From Amphiscolops sp. MND2022 (Eukaryota): a DNA stretch of 64,000 bases. Position 1 is the first letter of the stretch, and each line of letters opens with the position of its first letter. The position numbers and the translations under genes are program-made. Positions 27,301 through 40,664 of this stretch are shown here, piece by piece. The stretch is from assembly GCA_964187785.1 (NCBI GenBank), contig OZ076417.1, positions 29,698,001 through 29,762,000 on the forward strand, written 5' to 3'. The notes below the pieces were generated by a model, which ran no database searches, was not told where the DNA came from, and worked only from the letters and a program-made list of their open reading frames with translations.

Positions 27301-28990
27301 GAATTATATACAGGCTGATTTTTACAGTTTGTTTTAGAGATTAGTCTACAGAGTCTGAAACTACAGAATCATTGTGTTTTCCACGCGTTTTTGTAGTATT
27401 ATGAAAACCTTTACTCAAAAAATACTCAAATTATTCGAAGACCAAAACTATACATAACCAACGAAAACCTTTGGCACCAAAACGTAAAATACAAGCGATT
27501 TGGGTAACGAAACCGTTCATGACGCACCAATTTCTGATAAATTCACTTACTGAAAAAAAAATAAGAAGGTAAAGTCACTCGGAGTGTTTTCAACAATTGA
27601 GGAGAATTTTTATTTCGATATGGAAACAAAATTTCGAAAGGGAATCCACTTGTTTTCGAGGAACTTGAAAACGTTTTGAACATCACTAATATCACCAAAC
27701 TTACTGGACAGAACAAAAACATCTTCCAATCATTTTTGTAACCGCTACACGAACAAAATTTTTACACTTCAGAAATATAATTACTTCCGATAGCAACGTA
27801 GCTGTCGCTCCAACCTAATGGCTGAAACTTTCTAACTACATCAGAAAACTCTTCCCCCACCAAGTGAATTCACTCGTCGGCAACCTGAAAATTTTTTGAT
27901 AGAGGTCCAAAATTTACTAAACCATCTCCAACGCAGACAAAACTATTCCAACCCAATCGTCGTTGATTACGGGAGTGATCAGTCCACACTTCGATTTCAA
28001 GATAAAGGCAACAGCATTACATGTACCTCATACAGTATTACAACCCAAACTCTCACATACGTGAAGAAATCGTTTCAAAGTCTGAACCTTCTTCAAACAA
28101 ACTCGCATATGCTTACCTCCTTTTAAAAAATTTCATGCTGCCTTTACGAAAACTCACTCTCACAGCCACACCGCTGAAAAACTCCAAAAAAACTTATATC
28201 AGTTCTACTGTCTACAACATCTTCCTTTATATGGTTTTCTGTTTTCATTGTGCTGATTGTCCAACAAATCAACATTGTGCTGTGAAACTTCACACATTTT
28301 CTTATCCACTTCCTTTTTTTGAAAACGAATCGGATTTTAACTTCCGAGTCTCAATGGAAACTAAAGGACCAATCACTCCAACGTCTCAAGGCAGTAGTTG
28401 CCTTATTGATGTATTCAGTCAAGTGTCTTTTACAAATCCCACTTTTCACAAATCTAATGTCCTTCAAACCCTTCTCCATCATTGGATTACACAAGTTGGT
28501 CGGCCAATTATATAGTCACAGACTGCGGCACAGAATCTAATGACCAAGATACGACGCACCGCTGCTGTTTTCTCCTGAATTTATTCATGCTTCCAGAGCT
28601 CCTCATACCCCAAGACTAATGGCCTAGTAGAAACCGTAAAACGCAATCCTGGAACACATCTCCGTTTCTTAAGAGATCCCCAACTAATTGTTCTTTTTTT
28701 AGCCCGAATGTAAGCTTTTACTCCCAATATATCTTTTCTTTGGCAAAATAAACCCTGTCCTTACTTGCCAAACTATTTTTCGTACACAGTCTATCCTAGA
28801 CTCACTCATTATAGTCATTAGGATCTAAGTCAAATTTTTCGTTCACTTGTTTCCAAACAGACCTCTACCTGGCTCCGTTCCACAGAAAGCGCTTTGTTAA
28901 AAATTTATCCACTGTAAAACAAGTATTTGAAATAAATCTTACTCACACACCTCCACATTTGAAACAACTACCTCTCATTAAATTTGTTAT
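24345..28990. repeat. ~2.4-kb segmental tandem duplication (24345-26405 and 26736-28990) of a noncoding repeat plus Gypsy integrase
   Basis: Both copies start acttcgtaaagatatgactttatctgtatccgaaagg and end caactacctctca.taaatttgttatac. Copy 1 lacks the ~27870-28240 segment; a unique inverted-looking fragment lies between them (26405-26735). Confidence 0.85.
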
Positions 28991-29499
28991 ACAAGAAACT
29001 TTCACATGTCCAGTTTTAAAATCAACTCAAATCGCTCCGATTTTGTCTAAAATAGGTTACCTAAACATCTTTCTGAGCTCACCTGATTTCTTTTGATCCA
29101 GTAAAATTGCTCCTTTTTTGTTCAATAGATTGTATCATTCAACGCTGATGAACACTTTCATGAACACTTTCAAGATTCAACGCCAGATCTTTAGCCTTGT
29201 CATGAATTTATACACGATACGCCTGCGTTGTCAACCACTCCAACCTATCAAAATGTCTCTACATCTTCGAAACGTAAAACAACACCTCAAAATCGTATTG
29301 TTCCTGGCTGTTATCAAGACGCCTCCGATATTATTGAACACATCTCTGACTCTGATTTTGACTCTGGTTTTGACACTATTTTCAAGATGCATCAAACTCC
29401 ACTATATAAGTTCCTGTTATTCCTTATTCAAAACAACACAACCTTCGCCAGAGTTGCTTTACTAGAGTACATCATTTTGCTCAAGCCCATCCATTGTTA

Positions 29500-31270
29500 G
29501 AAAACACATGTGAAATCGAAGTTTAGATACTACTGAATGAAAACGTGCTTTTAAGACATCTTAATGGTAACCCTAAACTCGATGCTTTGGACTATAGTAG
29601 CTCTTTCACCTTTTGTGACAATGCTCAAACTCAACACTTCTTAGAAACAAAACGGCCTCGATTTCAACTTTCTGAACTCAACACTTAACACTGTGAACTT
29701 TTGAATGGATTAAAAACTCACATTTTTTAAATCCAACTCCTGAAGATCAATTTGTCTGTTGCGACAGATACGATTATATTTTCAAAAAGAAACGTCTCCT
29801 AACATTTGAGAAATTGAAATTACTAAAGATGGGAGAAAACAAGCCATCCAAAACGGACAAACTTCACTTTGCTTCCCTGATGATGGTTTTTCTTAACCAA
29901 CCATTCTAACACCTTAAATCACAGTGAGGTGTTTTGCCTAGTTTTTTCAACTCACTCCTTCGTGGAAGACTTCCTAAAATCAATTACAGATGTTGGCTTG
30001 AAACTGAAATCTTCTTCTATCAATCTTACTATTCACATGGATTTCTTCACCTTGATTCCAATACTCACGCACGCCCCTCATGATTTGACACGTTTCCGAA
30101 ACAAAGATGTATTTTTGTCACAATCCCAGACCTTCGTATTCAGCTAAAAACCATGACCTTTTATTACCTTTTAAAAATGATTCAACATTAGCTGGACAAC
30201 GTATCCTTCTTCATATACCAGAAGAATAACAGTATAATCGTTTTTCAAATCAACTTCTTGCGAAAAACTCATTCAAAAACAACAACCAACATCTCTTACC
30301 TGCTTTGGCTTTCTCAGTTAGCTTTGCCACTATCGTTCATGAAGCTCATATAAATACCAAATCTGACTACTTCGACTATCATATGTTCAAAACCATGACT
30401 GCTGTGGAACTTAACACCCTCCACACTATGTGGAGTAGAAGAAACTCAATTTTCCCTTTTACTCTCAATGTCCTTCAAAAATCCACAACTTGTTTTTTAA
30501 AATCTCGAAACAGAAATGACTTGCCTTATGTTGAAGGCTCCAACGCTTGGCTTTATGATTGGCCACACCGCTTTTCTCCATTGTATATAGCAGAACAATG
30601 TGATGATGAAAACCTGTTAAATATGAAGACATTGTAATGTATGTTGATACCATTAAAAGACCAACCTTTTTAAATGCGAACCAAAGTCATTTTGAAGGTT
30701 TTCCTTAAAATGTTAATGCTTTTGACTTAGATATAGATCAAAATGGTTTTTCAACACTCGAACGTCGTGAAAAAGATCCCATTGAAATATTTGAACCAAA
30801 ACATCTTCAAACCGATATAGAGCAAACCCTTTTGTTGCTCAAGGAGCAGGTATATAATCCCACATTGAACTCCAATCATTTTGGGGTCGGGTTCTCTTTG
30901 CCAAACTTTTGATAACACTCTAACACTCATAAACAAGTCCATAAGCGATGATATTAAAGGTAAAAATCCTTCGATTTCAAATCCAATAATCTTTACATAT
31001 CACTCCGTATCGGCCTTCATGACTATATAGTAAACATGACTCTGAATGGTTTGCCAATACTTTCATTGAACTTTTTGTGTAACCATGCTACATAAAACCT
31101 CAGCGTGGAAATATTATTCTACTATGCTCTTCACACAGCTACTTTTCAACTCCCTGCGCAGTGTTTACACGTCTTCCAAGGCCGATAGCAATCCTTAAAA
31201 AAAACTTTACTGTCTTTCTGCATTTGGACATGTTTTTGGGAATAATTACCCAAGCAGTGATTGAAACTGT
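29500..31270 (+). pseudogene. env-like (viral fusion glycoprotein-like) ORF remnant of the Gypsy element
   Basis: VHEAHINTKSDYFDYHMFKTMTAVELNTLHT..LPYVEGSNAWLYDWPHRFSPLYIAEQC, then further spaced Cys and a hydrophobic C-terminal segment near 31050-31250. Its position after integrase is the usual env slot. Confidence 0.5.
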
Positions 31271-33145
31271 TGACTCTGATTCTTATAGAGACTCCTAAAA
31301 GTAATCAAAAAAATTTTCAAACTCTTTTATATCCAAAACATCTGAACTGAACATTTGAAAAAATGCAACGGAACGCCATAACTTTAACATCTACTCCCAA
31401 CCCTGCCATATCTCCACCTTATCCGTCTTTAGCGCCTTACTTTTCTTCACTGTCGAGCCACAAAATGTTTCAAGTCCTCCTCTACTAAACTAAACTGTTT
31501 CAAATCATTTTCCCTAAACAAACGTCCCAACTTACGTCCCAATCTCCTAAACAATTTCCTAATTCAAATTGTTATAATGACACTTCTTCTGACACCTCTC
31601 CTAGTTATTTCATATCCCATTCATAACATCTGGCACTCATATGAATCTTTCAGAGTTTTACCCTACCGCAACATCACTACATTAGAAGAGCATTCCATCA
31701 ACCTACATACCAAACTCAGTTAACCTCCTGGCAGCCCACCAAAGATGTTTTCCTCCCGTAGATTTCCACATGAAAATTGTTCACCAATACGCATTTCATT
31801 TTTATTCCCCTGTACTGCAACATTTCTCTAATAATCCATAAAAATTAATATATGACAATAACTTCTCCAACTTCTGAAGATGAAACGTTTGCAAATTTTG
31901 ATTTTTCTCATCATGTAACTACGTCATTTCGGACGTTCTCGAATTGACTCTCCCATTTATTATCAACCGTTCTAATCTTACCCTACTTCAATGTACTATA
32001 AACTCTACCGCACCTGGAATTAGCCACATAGACTTTCCTGTCACAACTTCGCTTTCACCTACTATTTCCACTACCACAACTTTCAATCAAATCTCTCTCA
32101 CAATTTCTCAATCCCTATCTCCCACTGCAACAAACGTCAACTTAACCATAGACAACGATACCTTAATTCAAAAGAAAAATTTCGATATGCTCAATGAACC
32201 TATTTTGATGGATTTCCGTATTCTGCCTCATGGTTTTTTATCCTCTCAAAACCCATCACAAACTAACAATATATCTGACGAATTTCCCAAAATCAACGCT
32301 CGAGTTAAATAAAACAAACATCCCTTTGTATTCATGGCTTCTACATCTTTTCGCTTTTTTTCTTCTTCAAGACGGCAACTACAATCAATAAGCTGCCTAC
32401 GCTTCGAAACAACTCCCCCAGCTTCCGTTCTGACAAAGAAAAAACTCAAGTTCTTTCTATTTCATTTTTCTCAAATCCACCCAACATGATCTTAACACAA
32501 ACTCCAATGACTGGACTGTGTTAAAAAGGTTCGCCATCAATTTTTAATACCTTTCTGATTGAAAAAACTTCAAACTTTCATAGTTCAAAGTCACAATTTT
32601 ACTTTTCCATTTTCATTCCACGCTCACTAGTCTCTTCACCAAATCTTCACAATTTTAACAATTTCAAACTACGATCCTGAGAAACAATATTTCAATCTCG
32701 CTCCTTATCATAGTCAAAATAACCCACATTTTGTTCCACAAGAACATTTGAGATGAAATTATGATTTTCTCCTATGAGACCAACACATATACCTAAAAAC
32801 GTTAAGATTCTCTTTCCAAAACTAAACAAACTAGAGAGCACCCCTCTGGGTGACAACGCTCGTCGATCTATTTATATATCCCCCGTTCATGACAATTCCC
32901 CCATCGCACAACTTAATTTTATTATTGCAACACTCACTTCTTTTACTCAAGAAACAATATAAATATAATTGAATTAACAATGAACAATCAAACTCACACG
33001 ATTCTTCTGCTTTTATCTTCCACACAACTAACCTAATATATGTATAAACTACTTCTCTTGTCCTACTGACATATTTTTCAATGGTATTCTCTCTTTCACC
33101 GACATGTAGAAATTTTCCCTTTTTCTTGTCCGTTCATATTCCTCA

Positions 33146-33514
33146 TGTAACGTCCGACAGTCGGCGTTGCTGAAGTTTTTGAAAATTTCGATCAAAAATT
33201 CGAAATAAGCGATAGCAAAATTTCTAAATCAAGATGGCCGACCTGACAGGTACTGGAAATTGAAAAGGATGATGGAAAATAGTGCAAAAAACCCAGACCC
33301 AGCCCGAGAGACAGACCTCGTTGTCCCTGACACCCGAAGAAACCCAGAAGAGGCTGAAGAGAACAAAACCACGGGTTGTGTCATACCCGAAAGGAGGTCC
33401 TGGAAGGCCCGAAGGGGATCGAGAACCCGACGGTGGTTTACCCGAAGATTTTGGAAACTGCATGAAGATCAGCATGTTTTATCATTTTCAGTGCGTCGCT
33501 AGCCGGTCGTTACA
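33146..33514. mobile_element. 369-bp solo-LTR-like insertion (TGTAACG...CGTTACA)
   Basis: Perfect 7-bp terminal inverted repeats with TG..CA ends, GC-richer than its flanks, flanked by tca on both sides. Removing it rejoins a reading frame (..YSS-LTPMKVIVT..). Confidence 0.6.
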
Positions 33515-34300
33515 TCACTCACACCTATGAAAGTTATCGTAACCTCCAAAAGCTCCTCCAAGTCCATGACAAACAATCTTACATTTTATACTTTTCATAT
33601 GAGCGGCGACCTCAATGAACTGACTCTACTCAAAACTCCTCCTTTCGACAAAACTCCCTCAAATCAGTTGTACGGTAAAATCTCCACTTGCTCATCTGTT
33701 CTCACCTTCGTTCTTTCTTCATCCTATTTGAATCCATCCATTTAATTTGTTTTGATTCGTTGAAAACCATCTTATGGTTTTCAACTCTTCATCCTCCCTA
33801 TCAAACGTTTGTTAAACAATTCACTTTCACTCCTACAAACCACTACCCTAGTTAAAAAGTCCCCTCTAGGGTAAAAAAAGTATGAAAAGATTTTTACTCG
33901 AAAAATGGTCAAAAACATGAAAAATTTTCCATTGCAGAATCGGTCTTTCCAGTTGTCACAAAAACATCCATCAATTTGAAAACACTTCATTTTGTTCCTC
34001 TCTTGACCATATCTTATCAGCTCGTTTACACTCTGCTATTAAATTATATTCCTGCCAACTTCTTCTCGTTTCCACTCCTTTTATCACTTTCTCAAAAGAA
34101 GCTATTTTATTCCGTTTGTTACCATTGGTATTGATAACAAACGTTTTGACAAAAACTTCAAGAATAGATAACTTTAAACTACTCACAACTAATATTTTGA
34201 AGAAATAATATTGAAACTTGAAATACTTTTATTGAAACTAGTTCAACATCTTTACCCAAATCATTGAAACATACTCAAAATTCACTTGAAACTGACACTA

Positions 34301-35131
34301 CCCAGTGACACGAATCTTGGCACGCTTGCCAAGATGCATGGGTATGCTTGCCAAGATCTTGGCAAGATCTTGCCAAGATCTTACCAAGGCTACCATGATC
34401 ATGCAAGATCATGGCAAGGCTGACCATGCGTCTTACCAAGCGTACCAAGATTTTCCATGTATCTTACCAAGCTTTTCCATGTGTCTTGCCAAGCATACCA
34501 AGATTTTTCTATCCATCTTGCCAATCCAACCAGGATTTTTTCATGCATTTTTCAGTAATTAGAACCCGTTATCTCAATAGATCAGGTAATAGCTAATTCT
34601 AAACAAATAATAGCTAGAAAAGTTGGTTTTCACACCGATATCGCAAACCCGCAAGTTGCAATAACTTGATTCGGAGTTTGCTTGGTATGATAAGTCATGT
34701 TAGTAGTAACAATGCCGTGCTCTCAAGTAACAAAACTCGGTCAATAAGTGCAGCAAATTATTGAGCAAATTTTGGATAATTTTCAATTAAAAACTATTTT
34801 CAATCAATAAATATTATGTCCAAAGTTATTACAATGGCTAATTCAAAAATTGCAGACGACAAAGAATTTTTGCGAAAAGAATAAATTATGCACAATTAAT
34901 ACCAGCTTACATGTCTTACCATGGTTATCTTGTCAAGATCTTGCCATGATCTTGCCATGATCTTGGCAAGCATTTCCACATGGAACGCTTGTCAAGATCT
35001 TGCCAAGATCTTGCCAAGATCTTACCAAGCGTAGCATGCATCATGTTTTTCCATGCGTCTTGGTAAGCCTACCATGCGTTTCCATGTTTTTCCAAGATCT
35101 TGGCAAGGCTACCAAGATTCGTGTCACTGGG
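34301..35131. mobile_element. 831-bp non-autonomous CACTA/EnSpm-like element
   Basis: Perfect 20-bp TIR CCCAGTGACACGAATCTTGG, TA on both sides, dense subterminal tcttg(c/g)caagat and ccatg repeats at both ends. Confidence 0.9.
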
Positions 35132-36263
35132 TACAAACACATATAGTTTCATAATTTTAATTGACCAAAAGTTTATTTCGTTTCAGTCACAAATTCAACT
35201 TCAATCTTCTATTTCTTCAAGAAATCTTTATTTTTCAGTAAATCGGGCCTTCTGCTGCTTCTCGCGACAACAGAGATTCTGTTAAATCATTCCCCATGCT
35301 GACCTCAGTGCTTGAATCCACAACCACATCTTCATGTTTTCAAATCCTACAGCAATCTTTTCTTCTCAAATGACGACATTTACTTCTGGCTCATCTTCGC
35401 AAACCTCTCCATCAACACTGCCATTGAACCTCCCGCTTCCACCTGTTGTACAGCCTCCTTACCTAGAATACACACACGCATCTTCCAATTTCCGTCTCTT
35501 GTTCCAACAATTTCACAATTACTGCCATGTCCAGATGTACAAAGATTGTTCCGTCAACTTCAGATGTACAAACCTCGTCATCCAGGAAAAAACCAGCCCC
35601 AATCAGGAGAAGCCGGTTCCTTCAGTCGCAAAAGTGTCGCCTACACTGTAGTATACAAACTTTTTCCAAGTAAAACAACGCTCTAAAACAATATAATTTT
35701 AATTATGTAAACTCTATTACATAAAGAGCTTAACTATTTAGATAAACTTGCGTCTAATCTCGCTGTTAACCCACCATCCGTCTTTCTCTGTGCTTCAAAA
35801 AATTGAATTCCAACTTACTTATTAATTGTGTGTTTTTGATTTAATACTTTAATCGCTGTTGCCAGACCAGTTCCATTCACAAATTTTCAAAACCCGGTCG
35901 GATGATATAATTACGACATTCACTTCAGTCTAGACATATACGCAATTCGTCAGGCAAATAAATGATTTTCAATTACTTTGGCAACCATAATAACTAATAA
36001 ATATGGCTATAGATCAGTAGTACACTTTAGCTATAAGCCACTTTGGGTTTGTACCTCAACTGAACGGACAATTTATTTTACATTGCGTAGTTGATCTCCC
36101 AGTATTCGAAGCCATGGAACGCTTGCCATGATCATGGTTAATCTTGCTAAATCATGGTTAACCGTACCATGGTACCCTTATCAAGATCATGGCAAATCAT
36201 GATTCATGGAACGCTTGCCAAGATCAATGATGCATTTTTTTTCATGTGATATTATACTAGTCT

Positions 36264-37694
36264 CTAAATATTTGAAGTATTTAGTGGTTTTTCTTCCTTT
36301 TTGGATGTTAGATTTGCTGTACTTTGTTTGATCTGATTTTTGATGAAATAGCCCCAAAATATCTGAAAAATGTCTATCTTAGCCTCTGCACGATCTTGCA
36401 TGGCCATGACATCCTTGCCAAGGATGCCATGGTTTCGAACACTGGGCTCCCTATACCTGAAACAGCAGCCCTGTTAGCATGTCTATAAGGTGCTTTAACG
36501 TCGTCACGTTCCATCCCTTCTGAAATAAGATGACAACTAGAAAAAATCCATAAGCCATAATCCATCAGTACTTTCTCAAGCTCAAAATGATACTGCTCAA
36601 AACATTAGTGTTATGGCTAGAAAATTTCCGTTAAAACACTTTATGACACACCAAGGAAGCTGGAACGATTTGCTTGAAAGACGAAATACATTGCTTTCTT
36701 CGTTTTTGATGCCGGCAACTTAAAACCTTTGAATTGTAACGTCATGTTTTGATAGATCATGCCTAATCGCAAAACGAGTCTGATTAATTCTAAGTGGCGA
36801 AAATAATGTCGAGTTGAAGTATATATGCTCAAAGTACCTGTCAAACGAAATCAAGAAAGCGGAGCAACATTAGCACAGGGAGATAACAAGGAGACACAAG
36901 GAGAACACAAGAGTACGGCATGCAAATTACACTGCATCTTGCAGAAAGTCGGAGACTCGATTGGCAAATACAGTTTGTCTACTTTTAACACGATGCTACT
37001 TTTAATAAAAAACTCTTAAATTTTAGTCTCGTGGCTTAATTCTTGCTTACGGTGCCTGTAGCCTCTTCTTTGTGCATTGCCGATACAATTCTATACACTT
37101 TTGCTTTTTGATGATGTCTCAGCTCTTGGGCTACTATTTGCCATTCTTGTGCCTGTACATTACTTATAAACCACCAAGTTTGTAAAAGCTGATTATGCGG
37201 TTATTTTTAGACCGAATTAGGAAAGAGAAAAGTAATTGTCAAAATTCGTATTTATCAATCATGAGCCAAACTCAGTTTTGACGAGATTCAGAAGTCATCG
37301 TCAGAAGTCACTTGTTACTTTTTATCTTCAATGAGTCAGTAGAACCAAGTAATGAGATCTCAGTTTTCAGTAAAAATTGACACCTGAAAGAACAAAATTG
37401 AACGTTTCACTTAGGATAAACGCCGCATTTCACCGTTTACGTGCACTTTAATTACAATAGCCACCTTAGCGTGAGTTTATCCATCTGAATCAGAGTAAGC
37501 AATTTCTCAACACTGATATGTGAACTCTCACTTGATAAAAGAATGTATATTAAAATATCTGAGAAAAACGCATTTCTCAAGAGTTCTTTGTTTTTGTGTT
37601 CAAATTTCCACCAATGCAGATTATATTTTGCAATTTCTTTACACACTGTGAAAACTGGTTCCCTGCTGGATTTGATTACAATCCTTTCCTGTTT
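36264..37694 (-). CDS. Candidate multi-exon host gene fragment (exons ~37694-37465, 37383-~37310, 37152-37051, possibly ~36837-36730, and 36456-36264)
   Basis: Open protein-like exons with GT/AG borders: KQERIVIK..MDKLTLR (phase 2) joins in phase to CQFLLKTEISLLGS..; AQEWQIVAQELRHHQKAKVYRIVSAMHKEEATGT|GTAAGC; last exon after GCTAAC branch site..TTTCAG|G reads YREPSVRNHGILGKD..SNI*. Not all joins could be resolved. Confidence 0.4.
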
Positions 37695-37976
37695 CTGAGG
37701 ATCGATCACGTGTCAATCACAACACAGAACTATGAAACTAAAACGACCTCATGTTGAATATCATTTTTATTGTATTAGCCTTTGTCAACCCTCAGTATGA
37801 AACATCTAACGCACCATAGTCGTTATTAGAAAAATACCTTTACACTACAGCGAAACTGATCCATATAATATACCACTTCTGCACACTCCACTTCAAAAAA
37901 ATTGTGGAAAAAAGTGGATGACATTTGACGAAAAATGTAGATTACTTGAGAACTCATTGACAAAGTTGATACAAAC

Positions 37977-38505
37977 ATGCAAACCCACCAGACACTTTTG
38001 ATATTGGCAGCCGTTTTCGGGTGCGTCGCTCTTCTTTTGAACGTTCTCACAATACCGATGTTCTGCAGTGTGACCATGGACGGTAAAAGTTACAAATGTT
38101 CTGGCGTTTGGTATGACAGACTCGACATTAGTTTTAATCGCGAGAACATAAAGGTTGGAGTCAAATTCATATTCAATATTTTAGCAATTTTGAGCGGTGT
38201 GACAACTATTATATTAACCATAATAGCACTCTGTAAGGAAATGGTGAAAAACTTTATCTACATGATCGTAACCATTGTCTTGGCTGCAGTGACTAGTTTC
38301 TGTTTATTGGTTGCATCAGCTCTGAAGACAGCTTTACATGTGAGATGGAATACAGACAAAGACTTGCAATTTAAAAGAGAAAATGACATTGAGGGTCGCG
38401 GTGAGTTCGCAGCTTCGCAATTGCAACTTTCTTTTTTTTTGGTGTGCTTTCGTCTTTGCCACAACTTGCTTGATTTGCTTGGTTATTGCCCTGAACAGGC
38501 ACTGA
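37977..38505 (+). CDS. Second claudin-like tetraspan paralog (~175 aa after removing one T in the 38432-38440 run)
   Basis: Clear homology to 950-1531 (e.g. ALCKEMVKNFIYMIVTIVLAA is identical). TM4 (SFFWCAFVFATTCLICLVIAL) is in a shifted frame after a T9 homopolymer. Confidence 0.75.
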
Positions 38506-40359
38506 TTGAATGATTACGCAATTTGATATGATAAAATTGAGAAATAAATTTCGCATCAAATTAGTGATTGTAAATTAAATTTAAAGGAAAAGAGCTGTTC
38601 TTATATATTGATCCCAAATTGAGGTACGTTTCTCAGGAACTTGGAACTTAACTCAATGTAATGATGAATACCACGAAGATGTGAGCGCATAGGAAAAATT
38701 TGGAAAAAAGCAATGCAGAAAAAGAACGTTTTAGCTTGCGGGTTCAAAAAATCCTTTAAAATTTGAAAATATGAAAAAAACATGTAACGAAGTTTTCGGA
38801 AATTGGCGAAACTAGAAAAAGTTGCGTAGCGCCGGAATAAAGACTCCTTGATACATAAAATTTGGTGTTGAAAACGGAACGATTAGTGGCTCAACGATTC
38901 AATAAAACTTGTAGCTGTAAAGTCGGGCACTTGATGTCTACAGCTGCACAATTTTCTTGAATTACCATTTCACAAGTGCGCGGATCTCGCTGTGGTATCG
39001 AATGAGCAACTACCCTGTGGAATAGGATTCATTTGAACTCTCAACTCTTTGAATTATTAAAACATGTCGCGCTTGGCTTCGAGCATAAACGCTCAATGGT
39101 CTGCAGAAGTTGCTACGATTTGTGTATGTTTCAGGGCCCAAATCCTTTGAACTTATCTGGTCTCACATTTTGATGAAAGAGCTAAAATTATTTGAGAAGA
39201 TATACTTTGAGGAAAAAAACAGTATATCTAACAGAAACACGAAGACGTCATGACAGAAACTTTGATGGCCCACATCCTTGTAGTTTTTCCTGAAGGAGAA
39301 TGATTTCCGTATCTATTGTCAGCTCTGAGATATATCAGCTACAAATTGGATGATTCTCTGACTTTTTTCATCCCTTTCGTTTTAGCCAGAAAGAAAAAAA
39401 TGTTGACATCACTTTCCGGCTAAGATGTAGCCTACGGAACCCTTGAACAGTTTGTGAAACCAGGGACTCTGTATTCCGCCTCAGTTGTGAGTTATAGGGA
39501 AGCATAAACGAAAAACACTCGAAAAGCGTCTTTTTTTTTCAAACTTTCTTTGCCAAAAACCATGTAGTCAATTTTTGAAGACTTTTTCCTGCCAGAATTT
39601 AGCCTAGCATCTTGCATTCAAAATAATAGTCCTATCATGGAGTGTTTTTGTTTTCGAGTGGCATGTGAGTTATCCATAATTCATCGGACAGCGTTTTATC
39701 TGCAAACAATATGAACCATGTTCGACAAATTGGCTAACTGGCAGCGTGAAGAATAAATTTTTCAAAGTAAAGTGCAACTTTTTCAACAAAAGTTCACAGC
39801 TGGCGGTTGTTTAGTTTTTTTTAAAACGGTTCTAGTTAATGACATCGTGGAGTTATAAACACTTTTTGTAAATTAAATAATTCACACAGTGAGGTGGAAA
39901 AACGTCGAAATCACCTAGGAAACTTGATAGTTTAAGTGAGTTCTTGCTTGGAACGAAGCTACCCTAGTTTTTCAGAATCACAAATTTTGCAAAATTCGTC
40001 CTAATTTCTTACAAATTATGCATTTCTTACAAGAATCTTACGAGTTTGTACGAAAAACGCAAATTTTGCAAATTTGTTACAGTGTTGAACATTTCTTACA
40101 AGAATCTGATAACATTTTTGCAAAATTTGCATCTATTTGTAAGAAATTCTTACAAAAAATGCGATGTGTTACTTCGACCAAAAATTCGTTCAAGATTTTC
40201 TGGACCCATTTTGTGTCTTTTTTGAATAACGCCTGAATAAGAAGTCTGTATCTATATCAGGGTAACATTGATGACCCGGGTAGCACCAAGGACGCTTTTT
40301 GGTACCGCGTTTCCTGAAGCCGCTTGAAAAAAGGACTTTGTGTTTAATTTTAGGGTAGA

Positions 40360-40660
40360 TTTTCATAAATTTTAGATGAAAATGGTCCAAATTTGGAATA
40401 TTGTCGGAAATTTTAGATGGAAATGGTCCAAATTTGGAAGATTGTCAGAAATTTTAGACGGAGATGGTCTAGATTCATATTTTTGTTGGAATAAGATCCA
40501 AAATCACCGTATTTTGGTGAAAAAACGTTTAAATTCACTATTTTTGAGGAATAACGCCTAAAATCACTTCTTTGGGAATAACGTCCAAAATCACAGTATT
40601 TTTGCGGAATAACGTCTAAAATCACGTTATTTTGGTAGAATAAGATCTAAAAACACCTTA
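40360..40660. repeat. Minisatellites: ~39-bp unit (x3) and ~30-bp gaataa(c/g)g.ctaaaatcac unit (x6); the latter recurs at 47660-47740
   Basis: aaattttagatggaaatggtccaaatttggaa repeats; gaataacgtctaaaatcac..attttggta repeats on both sides of the satellite. Confidence 0.8.
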
Positions 40661-40664
40661 TTCT

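Larger units (their letters stand above)
25540..35700 (+). mobile_element. Decayed Gypsy 3' half (integrase, env-like ORF, further accessory ORF remnants), interrupted by later insertions
   Basis: Integrase HHCC/core remnants CADC..RVSMETKGPI..HWITQVGRPII-VTDCGTE at 25560-25860 and 28240-28540, followed by long T/C-rich coding-like tracts. The end is approximate. Confidence 0.65.
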
